Shown: positions 8,484 to 17,229 of the stretch, one piece after another
Position numbering within the stretch: position 1 is the stretch's first letter
How the letters are laid out: the number at the start of each line of letters is the position of its first letter
Assembly (NCBI GenBank): GCA_039190745.1
Contig: JBCCXZ010000008.1
Span: 1 to 64,000, forward strand
Direction: 5' to 3'
Length of the DNA: 64,000 nucleotides
DNA from: Planctomycetota bacterium
Lineage (GTDB): Bacteria; Planctomycetota; Planctomycetia; Pirellulales; Lacipirellulaceae
The notes under the pieces: generated by a model
What the model was told of the DNA's origin: nothing
What the model saw: only the letters and a program-made list of their open reading frames with translations
Databases searched by the model: none
Translations under genes and position numbers: made by a program

Positions 8484-10609
8484 GTCTGCGTCTGCAGGTC
8501 GTGCAGCAACTGCAGACCGCGGCGGCACAAGTAACGCAGCAGCGTGGTCCGCTCGCCGTCGAACGCCACCTGGGCCGTGCTCCCCGTGCGGAGCCAGCCG
8601 TGGTCGCCCTCGCCGATGGCGATCGTCACCTCAAACAGCGAATTGGTGGCCTCGCCCGTCGAGGGGTCAACCGCGATCTCGCCGCCTGCCAAGTGCGTCA
8701 GCTCTTCCTGATCGACCTTCTTCCGCCCCTGGGCAGCGACGGTCAGCACCCGCCCTTCGACCACCTCGCCGGGCAAACCGATCATCCGCAGCAACACCGG
8801 AGCGTCGACCGCCAGCCGCGCGTCGACCATCTGCTCGCTCGTCAGCAGGGTGCGAACCGTCCACGGCCCGGCGCCCACGACCGCGATCGGGTCGCCCTTG
8901 CCGACGAACATGCCTACGCGGGTCTGGTCGATCCCGGTCACCTCGCCCCGACGCGGCGCCCGGACGCTAAGCTGCTGCAGCCGCTCCTCGGCGATCTTCT
9001 GATCCTCTACGACTTCGGCCCGGCGAGCCTCGGTCCGAGCGGCCGTAGTACGGTCCTCAAAAATGGCCCGCTTCCACTCCACGCCCAACGCCGCCGACTG
9101 CGCTGCCAACCGCTCGGCCTCCGCCTCGATGTCGATGTTCTCCAGCCGGCACAGCATGTCGTCCGCAGAAACCGCATCGCCGCTGTCGACCAGCACCTCG
9201 CGGACAAAGCCGGGCGCCCCGGCCCGGACGGTCAGTTCCTCTTGCCGCGTGACAACCCCCACGGCCTCCACGCCCGCGGGCATCGGCAACAGACAGACCG
9301 CCAGGAGCAAAGCCGCCGCGCACAGCGCCGTCACGCCCGTTGCCCGGCGCCGGCGGTCGGCCAGGTCGTCGGAGAACCTCAAGTAGTTTGTCAGCGAGAG
9401 GCCGCTCTGCTTCACCGTCTGCAGGAAGTACAGCGCCGCCACGCCGAAGCCAACCAGCGGGAGCTTCTGCGCAATCACCAGGCTGATGCCCAAGAGCAGC
9501 GTCACTTTGTACAAGGCGCCCGCCACGCCGAAAGCCGCCATCCCGGCCCCGTGCAACCGCCCGCGGCCCGATTCGGCCCGCTTCACGCCATAAAGCAGCC
9601 AGCTGGCCCAGCTCCGCAGGCAGCGGTCCGCCTCGGCACGCAGGTTGGGGATGCCCAGCGCGTCTGACAGGACGTAGTAGCCGTCGTACCGCATCAGCGG
9701 GTTGGCGTTGAAGGCGATCGTCACAACCGTCGACAGAACCACCGCGTAGTGGGCCGCGTCGTGCAGCGTGCCCGGCGGCGTCGCCACCCACACCGCCAAC
9801 GCGAACATCGCGGCGATCGATTCGAAGTACATGCCCGCCAGCGCCACAACCACCCGCTGCCACCGGCTGGGGAAGCCCCATGACGCCGACGCATCGACGT
9901 ACGCGCACGGCGTGAGCATGATGAGGTAGGCACCCATCTCCGGCACCTGCCCGCCGAACCGCTTGCACGCGTACGCGTGCCCGAGTTCGTGCACCACCTT
10001 CAGCACAACCAGCAGCGTCCAGAGCACCGGGATGTTGCCGACCGCCAGGATCGACGCCATCGGGCTGGTCACCTCGTCCCAACGCGAGAACACTACCGCG
10101 AGCGAGGCCAGCAGCGCCGCGCACCATAGGGCGAACGCCGCCCGCGTGAACAGCGGCCGCACCAAATGAACCGTGCAGTTGAGAAACCGATCCGGCTTCA
10201 CCAGCGGGACCCGCAGGAAAAGCGAACTCATCAACCGGTTCTTACGCTTGGCCTGCCGCTTCTCTTCAAACCGCTTGAACAGCCGCCCGCCGTCCGACAG
10301 CGGCAGGTTCAGCAGCCCCCGCTGCGTGAGCGAGAGGATGAACGCGTAGAACTCTTCCTCTTGGTCGTCTTCGATCACCCCGCGGGCGGTAAGCTCGGCC
10401 AACAGGCTCCCGAGCTTCTGCCGGTCGTGGATCGCTACGAACACCTGATAGTCGTGCTCGCTGAAGCGGTGCGACTGGAACGACACCGGGTCGATCACCA
10501 CGTACGCCGGCTCGCCGCCGAACACGTGCCGGCTCACTTCCAGCTCGGGGCGCACCCCGACCCGCACGTCGGCGAGTTGGGCGGCAAGGTTGGGCGTCTG
10601 CTGCGACAT
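8480..10609 (-). CDS. Fusion: PqqD/RRE-like N-terminus + M50 (site-2) metallopeptidase membrane domain + HlyD-like C-terminus
   Basis: HELGH zinc motif, NPLMRYDGYY (M50 NxxPxxxxDG-type), several TM helices, C-terminal VRAGAPGFVREVLVDSGDAV and VRAPRRGEV lipoyl-like motifs. Confidence 0.88.
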   Translation of the reverse strand: MSQQTPNLAAQLADVRVGVRPELEVSRHVFGGEPAYVVIDPVSFQSHRFSEHDYQVFVAIHDRQKLGSLLAELTARGVIEDDQEEEFYAFILSLTQRGLLNLPLSDGGRLFKRFEEKRQAKRKNRLMSSLFLRVPLVKPDRFLNCTVHLVRPLFTRAAFALWCAALLASLAVVFSRWDEVTSPMASILAVGNIPVLWTLLVVLKVVHELGHAYACKRFGGQVPEMGAYLIMLTPCAYVDASASWGFPSRWQRVVVALAGMYFESIAAMFALAVWVATPPGTLHDAAHYAVVLSTVVTIAFNANPLMRYDGYYVLSDALGIPNLRAEADRCLRSWASWLLYGVKRAESGRGRLHGAGMAAFGVAGALYKVTLLLGISLVIAQKLPLVGFGVAALYFLQTVKQSGLSLTNYLRFSDDLADRRRRATGVTALCAAALLLAVCLLPMPAGVEAVGVVTRQEELTVRAGAPGFVREVLVDSGDAVSADDMLCRLENIDIEAEAERLAAQSAALGVEWKRAIFEDRTTAARTEARRAEVVEDQKIAEERLQQLSVRAPRRGEVTGIDQTRVGMFVGKGDPIAVVGAGPWTVRTLLTSEQMVDARLAVDAPVLLRMIGLPGEVVEGRVLTVAAQGRKKVDQEELTHLAGGEIAVDPSTGEATNSLFEVTIAIGEGDHGWLRTGSTAQVAFDGERTTLLRYLCRRGLQLLHDLQTQT

Positions 10610-10627
10610 ATCGCGTTGGGCTTGCGG

Positions 10628-12535
10628 CTAGAGCTTCCACAGGTTCAGGCGGGCCGAATCGATCACCCGGTGCGCCCACACCCACCACACCGGCCGACGC
10701 CCCGCGTCGACCCGCGCCACGCCCCGCATGCCCGCACGCAACCACTCGGGCGGAGCCTCGGCAAACTCCGCCTCGGCCGTGAACACGTTCTTGCCGCCCT
10801 CGACCTGCGACGCCGCCTGCACCTGCGTAATCCGTAGCTGGTTGGCGACCTCCGGCCGGGCGGAAATCGCCGCCGTCGCGACCTGCCCCGCCGCCAGTTC
10901 CGCGGCCGAGTGCTCCGGCACATGCACGTTGATCTTCCACTGCCCCTGCGGCGCGAAGCGCAACAGAGGCTCTCCGAGCGTCACCACCTCGCCCAGCCTC
11001 GGCTCGAGCCGGCCTTCGAGGATCACGCCCGCAGCCGGAGCGCGGATCTCCGCCGCGGCGATCTTCTGTTCTGTGATCTTCAGCTGTGCCTCTGCGATAC
11101 CCGCCTCCGAGTGGGCCTGCGCCGCCTGGGCCACGTCCCCCGCCATCGACGCCTGCCTCGTGATCACCCGAGCGCGCCGCAATTCCGAACGCAGCTTCTC
11201 CCGCTCCGCCTGGAGCGTCTGCGTGTCCATCCTGGCCAGCAACTGACCCTCGGTCACCCGGTCGCCGGGCTGAACCAGCGACGCGGCGATGGCGCCTTCG
11301 AACGGCGCTGAGAGCTGCAGGTCGCCGGTGGTTTCCACCAGACACGGGGCCGCGAGCCGGTACTCGATCTTGCCGAAAGCCACCCAAGCCGCGGCCAGCA
11401 GAAGCGCGGCAGCCATCGCCTTGCGCTTGGTGCTGCCGGGCTCGACGAACCCTTGCAGGAACCGCCCCGCCGCGTCGCCGGCGCGCCGCACCGCAGAGCG
11501 GTTCGCCCGCTCCAACAGCAGCAGGCCCGTCATCATCGGGGCGACCAGCTCTTGCACCTTCGCGAGTTGGTCCCGCTTGAACGGGCTACCGCCCGGGTTG
11601 CGGAGGCTCACCACCGCCACGCAGTTGTCTTGCACAAAGAGCGGGATCGAGGCCACCGGCGACGCCCCCAGCGAGGCGTACCACTGCTTGTGCAGGTGGT
11701 GGCCCGTGGTGACCCGCGCGCCGTTCTTTTCGTTTTCACTCTGGAAGCACACCACCTCGCCGGCGTCAAGGCACTCGCACATCGACTGCTGGATCAGCTG
11801 CGAGCCGGGGCTCCGCGGGTAGAGGTCGTCAAACCCCGAGACGCAAGCCAGTCGCACGCTCTTGCCCCGCACGAGGCCGAGAGCCACTTGATCGCAGTTG
11901 AGGTTCGTCTTAAGGCTGTTGGTGAGCGCGAAGCAGAACTCTTCCAAGCTCTGGTGCGCGGCGACCTTCGCCAGCACCGACGCCTGCGGCGAGGGCCGCG
12001 AACGCCTCCGGCACGCTTCGGCCTGCAGGTCGATCATCCCAACAATGGCGTGCAACTCAGACAACCGCGCCGAGGCCATGTCGCGACGCTCGCACGGCAG
12101 CACCACCGCCACCGAGCCGATACCGCCGTCGACCTTGTTCTCCAACGGGACGGCCAGGATCGCGAACGTCCGGTCGACCCCCGCGGATCGGAAGAACCGC
12201 GCTTGGCTCGTTTGGTGGTACCGCGAGCTGAGCAGCATCCCTTCGCAGTGACGGGCCCAGCTCTGCTTGGCCGAGTCGTTCGCAGAGACCGACTCCTCCG
12301 CCGAGCCGTTGTCGACGTCCAACCGCATCGCAACGTAGGGGCTCTCGAAACACTCGGCGAGGTACGCCAGCCCCGCGTTGTACGCCGACCGCAGGCTGGT
12401 GCACTCTTCGAGCCTCTTCACCAGCCCCGCGGGAGCAGGCGGAGACGGCTTGCCCGGCGCGGGCTGCTTTTCCGGAGGCTTCTGGGCGACCCCGCCCAAC
12501 GCTGGCTCTGGCGCCGCTGGTGTGGTTTGGCTCAT
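10628..12535 (-). CDS. GAF-like domain(s) + HlyD family adaptor
   Basis: GAF-like segment (VASIPLFVQDNCVAVVSLRN...PF), a single TM helix, then LSAPFEGAIAASLVQPGDRVTEGQLLARMD, IRAPAAGVI and LRAGMRGVARV. Confidence 0.85.
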   Translation of the reverse strand: MSQTTPAAPEPALGGVAQKPPEKQPAPGKPSPPAPAGLVKRLEECTSLRSAYNAGLAYLAECFESPYVAMRLDVDNGSAEESVSANDSAKQSWARHCEGMLLSSRYHQTSQARFFRSAGVDRTFAILAVPLENKVDGGIGSVAVVLPCERRDMASARLSELHAIVGMIDLQAEACRRRSRPSPQASVLAKVAAHQSLEEFCFALTNSLKTNLNCDQVALGLVRGKSVRLACVSGFDDLYPRSPGSQLIQQSMCECLDAGEVVCFQSENEKNGARVTTGHHLHKQWYASLGASPVASIPLFVQDNCVAVVSLRNPGGSPFKRDQLAKVQELVAPMMTGLLLLERANRSAVRRAGDAAGRFLQGFVEPGSTKRKAMAAALLLAAAWVAFGKIEYRLAAPCLVETTGDLQLSAPFEGAIAASLVQPGDRVTEGQLLARMDTQTLQAEREKLRSELRRARVITRQASMAGDVAQAAQAHSEAGIAEAQLKITEQKIAAAEIRAPAAGVILEGRLEPRLGEVVTLGEPLLRFAPQGQWKINVHVPEHSAAELAAGQVATAAISARPEVANQLRITQVQAASQVEGGKNVFTAEAEFAEAPPEWLRAGMRGVARVDAGRRPVWWVWAHRVIDSARLNLWKL

Positions 12536-12559
12536 CGCGTGCTGTCCCGGCGGCGGTGT

Positions 12560-12964
12560 TTACGAACGGACCAAGGCCGACTGCAAGTCGACCGAGGCCA
12601 TGAACTTGATGCCAACCTCGAACACGCCCTCGCTCACCAACCGGCAACGCATGCACCGGCCGAACAACGCCCCCAGACGCAGGTGCTCGTCGGAGAACTC
12701 CAGCCAGTAGAGGTCGCCCGGCACGGCCGGCGACGGCGAGATCAGCATGCAGCCCCCGTCAGACACGTCGGCCGTGACGGTCTCTAATGCGTAATTGTTT
12801 CGCGCGCTCGCGTTAGCAGGCCGAAGCACCACGCCGGTCTGGATGTCGAGCCGCTCACTGGAGCGTGCGGCGATCACCGCCGCCTCGCTGTTGCCGGAGA
12901 GTTCCTTCAGCGCTTCGATGGCGTCCATCGAACCCAGCAGATCGTCGACTTCGCCTGTAAACAC
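12560..12964 (-). CDS. PilZ domain protein (c-di-GMP receptor)
   Basis: RSSER (RxxxR) and DVSDGG (DxSxGG) motifs; C-terminal VGIKF. Confidence 0.8.
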   Translation of the reverse strand: MFTGEVDDLLGSMDAIEALKELSGNSEAAVIAARSSERLDIQTGVVLRPANASARNNYALETVTADVSDGGCMLISPSPAVPGDLYWLEFSDEHLRLGALFGRCMRCRLVSEGVFEVGIKFMASVDLQSALVRS

Positions 12965-13136
12965 GGTTCACCTGCAGCGGAGGGTTCAAGCCGGCACGGC
13001 AAGGCCCCGAGGAAGAACCCCTTCGGCCTCAAGTGCGCAGCGGTACGAAACTACCGGACCGTAGGTCACCCCCCGGCAAAGTCAATCGACCGGAGCGGAT
13101 CACAACGCTTGTGCCGGCTGCAACGACTGCCCCGCA

Positions 13137-14006
13137 ATGCATTCTTCCCACCGCAGGCCCGTGGCGCTAGAATCGGATGTTTGGCCCCGGCTGTCGGCGG
13201 CCGCCACCCCGCACCAACGCCGCCAGGAGGTCGTCGTGTCCGCCCCCCGCAGCCCCCTCAGCCAGCAGCACCCCCGCCGCACCGCACCAGCCGCAACACT
13301 CCTGCTCGCCGCGCTCTTGGGCTGCGGCCAGTCTCAACCGGCAGAAGAGTTCCCCTCACCCGGGGCGGCCGTCGTGGGAGTCGAGCAGCTCGCTGGCAAA
13401 ATCCGCGCCCAGTTTGAGGCCGGCACGCCAGAGAAAGCCCACGACGCGATGCACGATATCGGCAGGCTCCTGCTGAAAATCGCGAAGCCAGGCTTCCTCG
13501 CTCAGCTCGACGCGGGCGTCCGCGACGAGATGGAACAGGCCGCGAAAGACCTGCTTGCGATCTACACAAAGATCGACGGCGCCATGTTCCACGGCGGCGG
13601 CAACGCTGAGGCGCCCGAGTACAACGACGTAGCCGCCGACATTGACGCCGCGCTCGCCACGCTCCTGAAGCTCGTCCCCGAGTCCGAAAGGAAGGCCGCC
13701 GCAGCGGAACTCGCCTCCGACGACGACCATGGCCACGATCACGGAGAGCACGACCACAGCGACCACGACGATGACCACGACCATGGCGAAGGCGATCACG
13801 CGGACCACGAGGGGCACGATCACGACGAAGCAGCACATTCAGAGGAAGCCCACGACCACGACGGCGACCACGGCCACGATCATGGCGAAGAGGGAGTGAA
13901 AGAGCAGACGGCCGACGAGCCCGCTGCGGAACCTAAACTCGACGTCACCCCCGAAGCCGCCGAGCCTGCCGCTGCGCCGCCCGTCGACGCAACGCCGGAG
14001 CAGTAA
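13137..14006 (+). CDS. His/Asp-rich putative lipoprotein
   Basis: LLLAALLGC lipobox, a helical domain, then a DHGHDHGEHDH... tract. The true start is probably downstream of 13137. Confidence 0.7.
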   Translation: MHSSHRRPVALESDVWPRLSAAATPHQRRQEVVVSAPRSPLSQQHPRRTAPAATLLLAALLGCGQSQPAEEFPSPGAAVVGVEQLAGKIRAQFEAGTPEKAHDAMHDIGRLLLKIAKPGFLAQLDAGVRDEMEQAAKDLLAIYTKIDGAMFHGGGNAEAPEYNDVAADIDAALATLLKLVPESERKAAAAELASDDDHGHDHGEHDHSDHDDDHDHGEGDHADHEGHDHDEAAHSEEAHDHDGDHGHDHGEEGVKEQTADEPAAEPKLDVTPEAAEPAAAPPVDATPEQ

Positions 14007-14012
14007 CCCCGC

Positions 14013-15689
14013 GTGAGTCCGCCCCCCAGCAACACACGCCGCCCGCCACACGACCCCGAGCCCTACCGCGTCTCGGGCGACCTCACCTGGTTCACCCACG
14101 GCCGGGTCACCGAGCTCACTGACGCGGTCTGCGCCGCTTCGGCCGGGCAGATACAGCGGCGCACCATCGGCCATTCCGTCGAGGGCCGCAGCATCGAACG
14201 CCTCACCGTCGGCCGCGGCCCGGTCAAGGTGATGATGTGGTCGCAGATGCACGGCGATGAGCCGACACACACTGCGGTCATCTTCGAACTGCTCGGCCTG
14301 TTCAACCACGAGCCGGACTCGGCCGCGACGCGTGAGGTCCTCGACGCCTGCACGCTCGAGATCATCCCGATGCTCAACCCCGACGGGGCCGAGCGAAACC
14401 AGCGCCGCAACGCCGACGGCATCGACATCAACCGCGACGCCCGCCACCTGCAAACGCCCGAGGGCCGGCTGCTCAAAGCCCAGGCCGAGCAGCTCCAGCC
14501 CGACTTCGCCTTCAACCTCCACAACCAGCACCGCCGCACGCAGGTCGGCAGCGGCAAGGTGGCCAGCGTCTCGCTGCTCACGCCGCCGATCGACGAAGCC
14601 GACACGCAGACCGAGTCCACCGCCCGCGCCAAACACGTCGCCGCCGTGTTCCTCGAAGCGGTCCACGACCGCTGCCCGGGCCGCGTCTCGCGTTACGACG
14701 CCGACTACATGCCTCGCTCGTTCGGCGAGATGATCCAGCAAATGGGCGTCCCCACCGTGCTGATCGAGGCCGGCGGCTGGCAGACCGGAGACGACCGCGA
14801 ACTGGTCACACTGCACTTCGACGGCATGCTCGCCACGCTCCACGCGATCGCCACGGGCGACTACCTCAAGAGCGACCGCGCCGCCTATGAAGCCCTGCCC
14901 CGCTCCGACGAGCACCGCTTGTTCGACCTGCTCATTGACGGCGGCGAGATCCACAACGGTTGCGGCACCGACCCGTTCGTCGGCGGCCTGGGCATCAACC
15001 GAGACATGGGCGTCAGCTCCATCGCCGACGTGGGCGACCTCTTCGAGAACGGCGGCCTCCAGGTGCTCGACGCCGCCGGGCTGGTCTGCCGCCCTGGGCG
15101 GTTCCTCTACGTTCCGGAGTTCTTCCCCAACCAGCTGCCGACCCAAGACGAGTGCGTCAACCTGCTCTCCCAGGGCGTCACTTCGCTGATCGGCACCATC
15201 GACGTGATCGACGTCGATCAGGTCGACGCCGTCGAGCACATGAACGAGCACTGCGGATTGCCGCTGCACATCGGCTTCGTCGCCGACTGCTACGGCCTGC
15301 GTGAGCTCACCAAGTACGACGCCGCCCACGCCGTCTCCGGCCTTAGCGCCGGCGGCGTGCTCGCGATCATCGCCGGAGCCGACCCCTGGACCGACAGCTT
15401 CGCCGATTGGTTCGGCCTGCCCGTCGTTGCGCTCGAAGACCTGACCGAGCCCGAGGACGACCGCAGTGCGACTCTTGCAAGGAAGCTCAACCCGGCGCGC
15501 GGCCGGGGCCGCCTCACGCTCGGCGCGCCCGCCGACGTCACCGTCGCAGCGCCCGGCCCATTGATCCCCGCCAACTTGCGGTACGTTATCGTCGCAGGTA
15601 AGGTGGCCTGGGCCGGCGGTGAGCTAGCCGCGCCCGAACAGGGCCGCGTCCTCCGCCGCGGACGCTCTCTGCAGCACGCCCCGCACTAG
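14013..15689 (+). CDS. M14 family zinc carboxypeptidase with C-terminal amidohydrolase-like remnant
   Basis: SQMHGDE (HxxE), NPDG, RRNADGIDINRD, NLHNQ, IEAGG. The C-terminal RGRLTLGAPADVTV...VIVAGKV resembles an amidohydrolase composite domain. Confidence 0.82.
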   Translation: MSPPPSNTRRPPHDPEPYRVSGDLTWFTHGRVTELTDAVCAASAGQIQRRTIGHSVEGRSIERLTVGRGPVKVMMWSQMHGDEPTHTAVIFELLGLFNHEPDSAATREVLDACTLEIIPMLNPDGAERNQRRNADGIDINRDARHLQTPEGRLLKAQAEQLQPDFAFNLHNQHRRTQVGSGKVASVSLLTPPIDEADTQTESTARAKHVAAVFLEAVHDRCPGRVSRYDADYMPRSFGEMIQQMGVPTVLIEAGGWQTGDDRELVTLHFDGMLATLHAIATGDYLKSDRAAYEALPRSDEHRLFDLLIDGGEIHNGCGTDPFVGGLGINRDMGVSSIADVGDLFENGGLQVLDAAGLVCRPGRFLYVPEFFPNQLPTQDECVNLLSQGVTSLIGTIDVIDVDQVDAVEHMNEHCGLPLHIGFVADCYGLRELTKYDAAHAVSGLSAGGVLAIIAGADPWTDSFADWFGLPVVALEDLTEPEDDRSATLARKLNPARGRGRLTLGAPADVTVAAPGPLIPANLRYVIVAGKVAWAGGELAAPEQGRVLRRGRSLQHAPH

Positions 15690-15712
15690 GTTTCGCCAAG
15701 CCGTCGCAGCCC

Positions 15713-16492
15713 ATGCTCAACAAGATCTGGTTCTGGCTGCTCTTCATCGGCATCGGCTACGGCTTCTGCAAAAGCGCCTACCGCGAGTGGTTCGCCCCCG
15801 AACCCCCCGCCGCAGCGGTTGCCGCCGAGCCCGCTACCGATGAGCAGGCAACCGACGAGCAGGCCGAGGACGAACAAGCCGACCCCGTCCGCCCCTTCCG
15901 CGACGCCGGCAAGAACATCACCGAGGCGGCCATCAACGCCGCCGAAGCCGCCGTCGCCCTCTGCCTCGGGCTCATCGGCGTCATGGCCCTCTGGATGGGC
16001 ATGCTCAACATCGCCCAAGACTCGGGGATGGTCGACGCCCTCGCCTCGCTGCTCCGGCCCGTCATGCGGTGGCTCTTCCCCGACGTGCCCGACGGCCACC
16101 CCGCCCAGGGAGCCATGCTCATGAACATCTCCGCCAACATGCTCGGGCTCGACAACGCCGCCACGCCCTTCGGCCTCAAGGCCATGCAGGAGCTGCAAAC
16201 GCTCAACCCATCCGAAGACACCGCTACCAACGCCATGGCCACCTTCCTCGCGATCAACACCAGCAGCGTGACCATCATCCCCATCGCCATCATCGCTTTG
16301 AGGTCTGCCTCCGGCAGCACCAACCCCGCCGAGCCCGTCTTCGGCATGATCCTCGCCACGGCGATCACCACCGTCGTCGCGATCGTCGCCGTGAAGTCGC
16401 TCGCCAAGCTGCCGGGGTACGCGTCAACCAACCCGCTCAAGGACGGCGCCGCTCCCCCGACCCAAGACAGCGAAGAGGGGGGCGATGCCTAG
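15713..16492 (+). CDS. spmA: Spore maturation protein A family (nucleoside-recognition/Gate domain) membrane protein
   Basis: MLNKIW start, LWMGMLNIAQDSG, LFPDVPDGHPA, NISANMLGLDNAATPFGLKAMQELQTLNP, FLAINTSS. Confidence 0.9.
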   Translation: MLNKIWFWLLFIGIGYGFCKSAYREWFAPEPPAAAVAAEPATDEQATDEQAEDEQADPVRPFRDAGKNITEAAINAAEAAVALCLGLIGVMALWMGMLNIAQDSGMVDALASLLRPVMRWLFPDVPDGHPAQGAMLMNISANMLGLDNAATPFGLKAMQELQTLNPSEDTATNAMATFLAINTSSVTIIPIAIIALRSASGSTNPAEPVFGMILATAITTVVAIVAVKSLAKLPGYASTNPLKDGAAPPTQDSEEGGDA

Positions 16493-16494
16493 CC

Positions 16495-17061
16495 ATGCTC
16501 GAATCCCTCCGCGAAGTCTCTGAGACCTTCAGCCAGTGGACCATCCCGCTGACGATGCTGCTCATCATCTGCTGGGGCTACGCCGCCCGCGTGCCGATGT
16601 ACGAATCGTTCATCACCGGCGCCAAAGAGGGCTTCGGCGTCGCCGTGATGATTATACCCTACCTCGTCGCCATCCTGTTCGTCATTAAAGTCTTCATCGC
16701 CAGCGGGCTGTTCGAAGACATCCGCACCGTCGGCGTCTGGTGCATGACTCAGGTCGGCCTCGAAGAATACGCCGAATCGCTCGAGCTACTACCCCTAGCG
16801 ATGACCCGCCCGCTCACCGGCGGCGGGGCCCGCGGCATGCTCGTCGAGGTGTTCGACACCCACGGCCCCGACAGCTTCCTCGGCAAGACGGCCTCGCTGC
16901 TGATGGGCACCACCGAGACCACCTTCTACATCATCAGCGTCTACTTCGGCGCCGTGGGCGTGAAGAAAATCCGCCACACGCTACCAGCGTGCCTCATCGC
17001 CGACATCGCGGGCATCTTCACCGCCGTCGTCCTCGGCTACATCCTCTTCGGGGGCACCTAG
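16495..17061 (+). CDS. spmB: Spore maturation protein B family membrane protein
   Basis: ATG 16495 directly after spmA; YESFITGAKEGF, IIPYLVA, RPLTGGGARG, HGPDS, GTTETTFY, YFGAVGVKKIRH. Confidence 0.9.
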   Translation: MLESLREVSETFSQWTIPLTMLLIICWGYAARVPMYESFITGAKEGFGVAVMIIPYLVAILFVIKVFIASGLFEDIRTVGVWCMTQVGLEEYAESLELLPLAMTRPLTGGGARGMLVEVFDTHGPDSFLGKTASLLMGTTETTFYIISVYFGAVGVKKIRHTLPACLIADIAGIFTAVVLGYILFGGT

Positions 17062-17064
17062 GTT

Positions 17065-17217
17065 CACCACGGAGACACGGAGGACACGAAGAAAGAAAGA
17101 GTTGGAACACTAATCGCCACTAATCTGCACTAATCTGATTGGCGTTTATTAGCGTCGATTAGTGTTCCCACATCGTCTTGTCTTCTTCCCCCCTGTGCCC
17201 TCCGTGCCTCAGTGGTG
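17065..17217. repeat. Nested palindromic REP-like element: outer CACGGAG-type arms, inner CACTAATC triplet hairpin at 17104-17168
   Basis: Outer arms CACCACGGAGACACGGAGGACAC / GTGCCCTCCGTGCCTCAGTGGTG. Inner GGAACACTAATCGCCACTAATCTGCACTAATC-T-GATTGGCGTTTATTAGCGTCGATTAGTGTTCC. The inner unit recurs at 47465-47529. Confidence 0.85.
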
Positions 17218-17229
17218 CAATAACCAACC

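Noticed and set aside
17104..17168. CACTAATC repeats as a mini-CRISPR
   Set aside because: Units are about 10 nt, arranged as an inverted hairpin with no spacers, and no cas genes are present.
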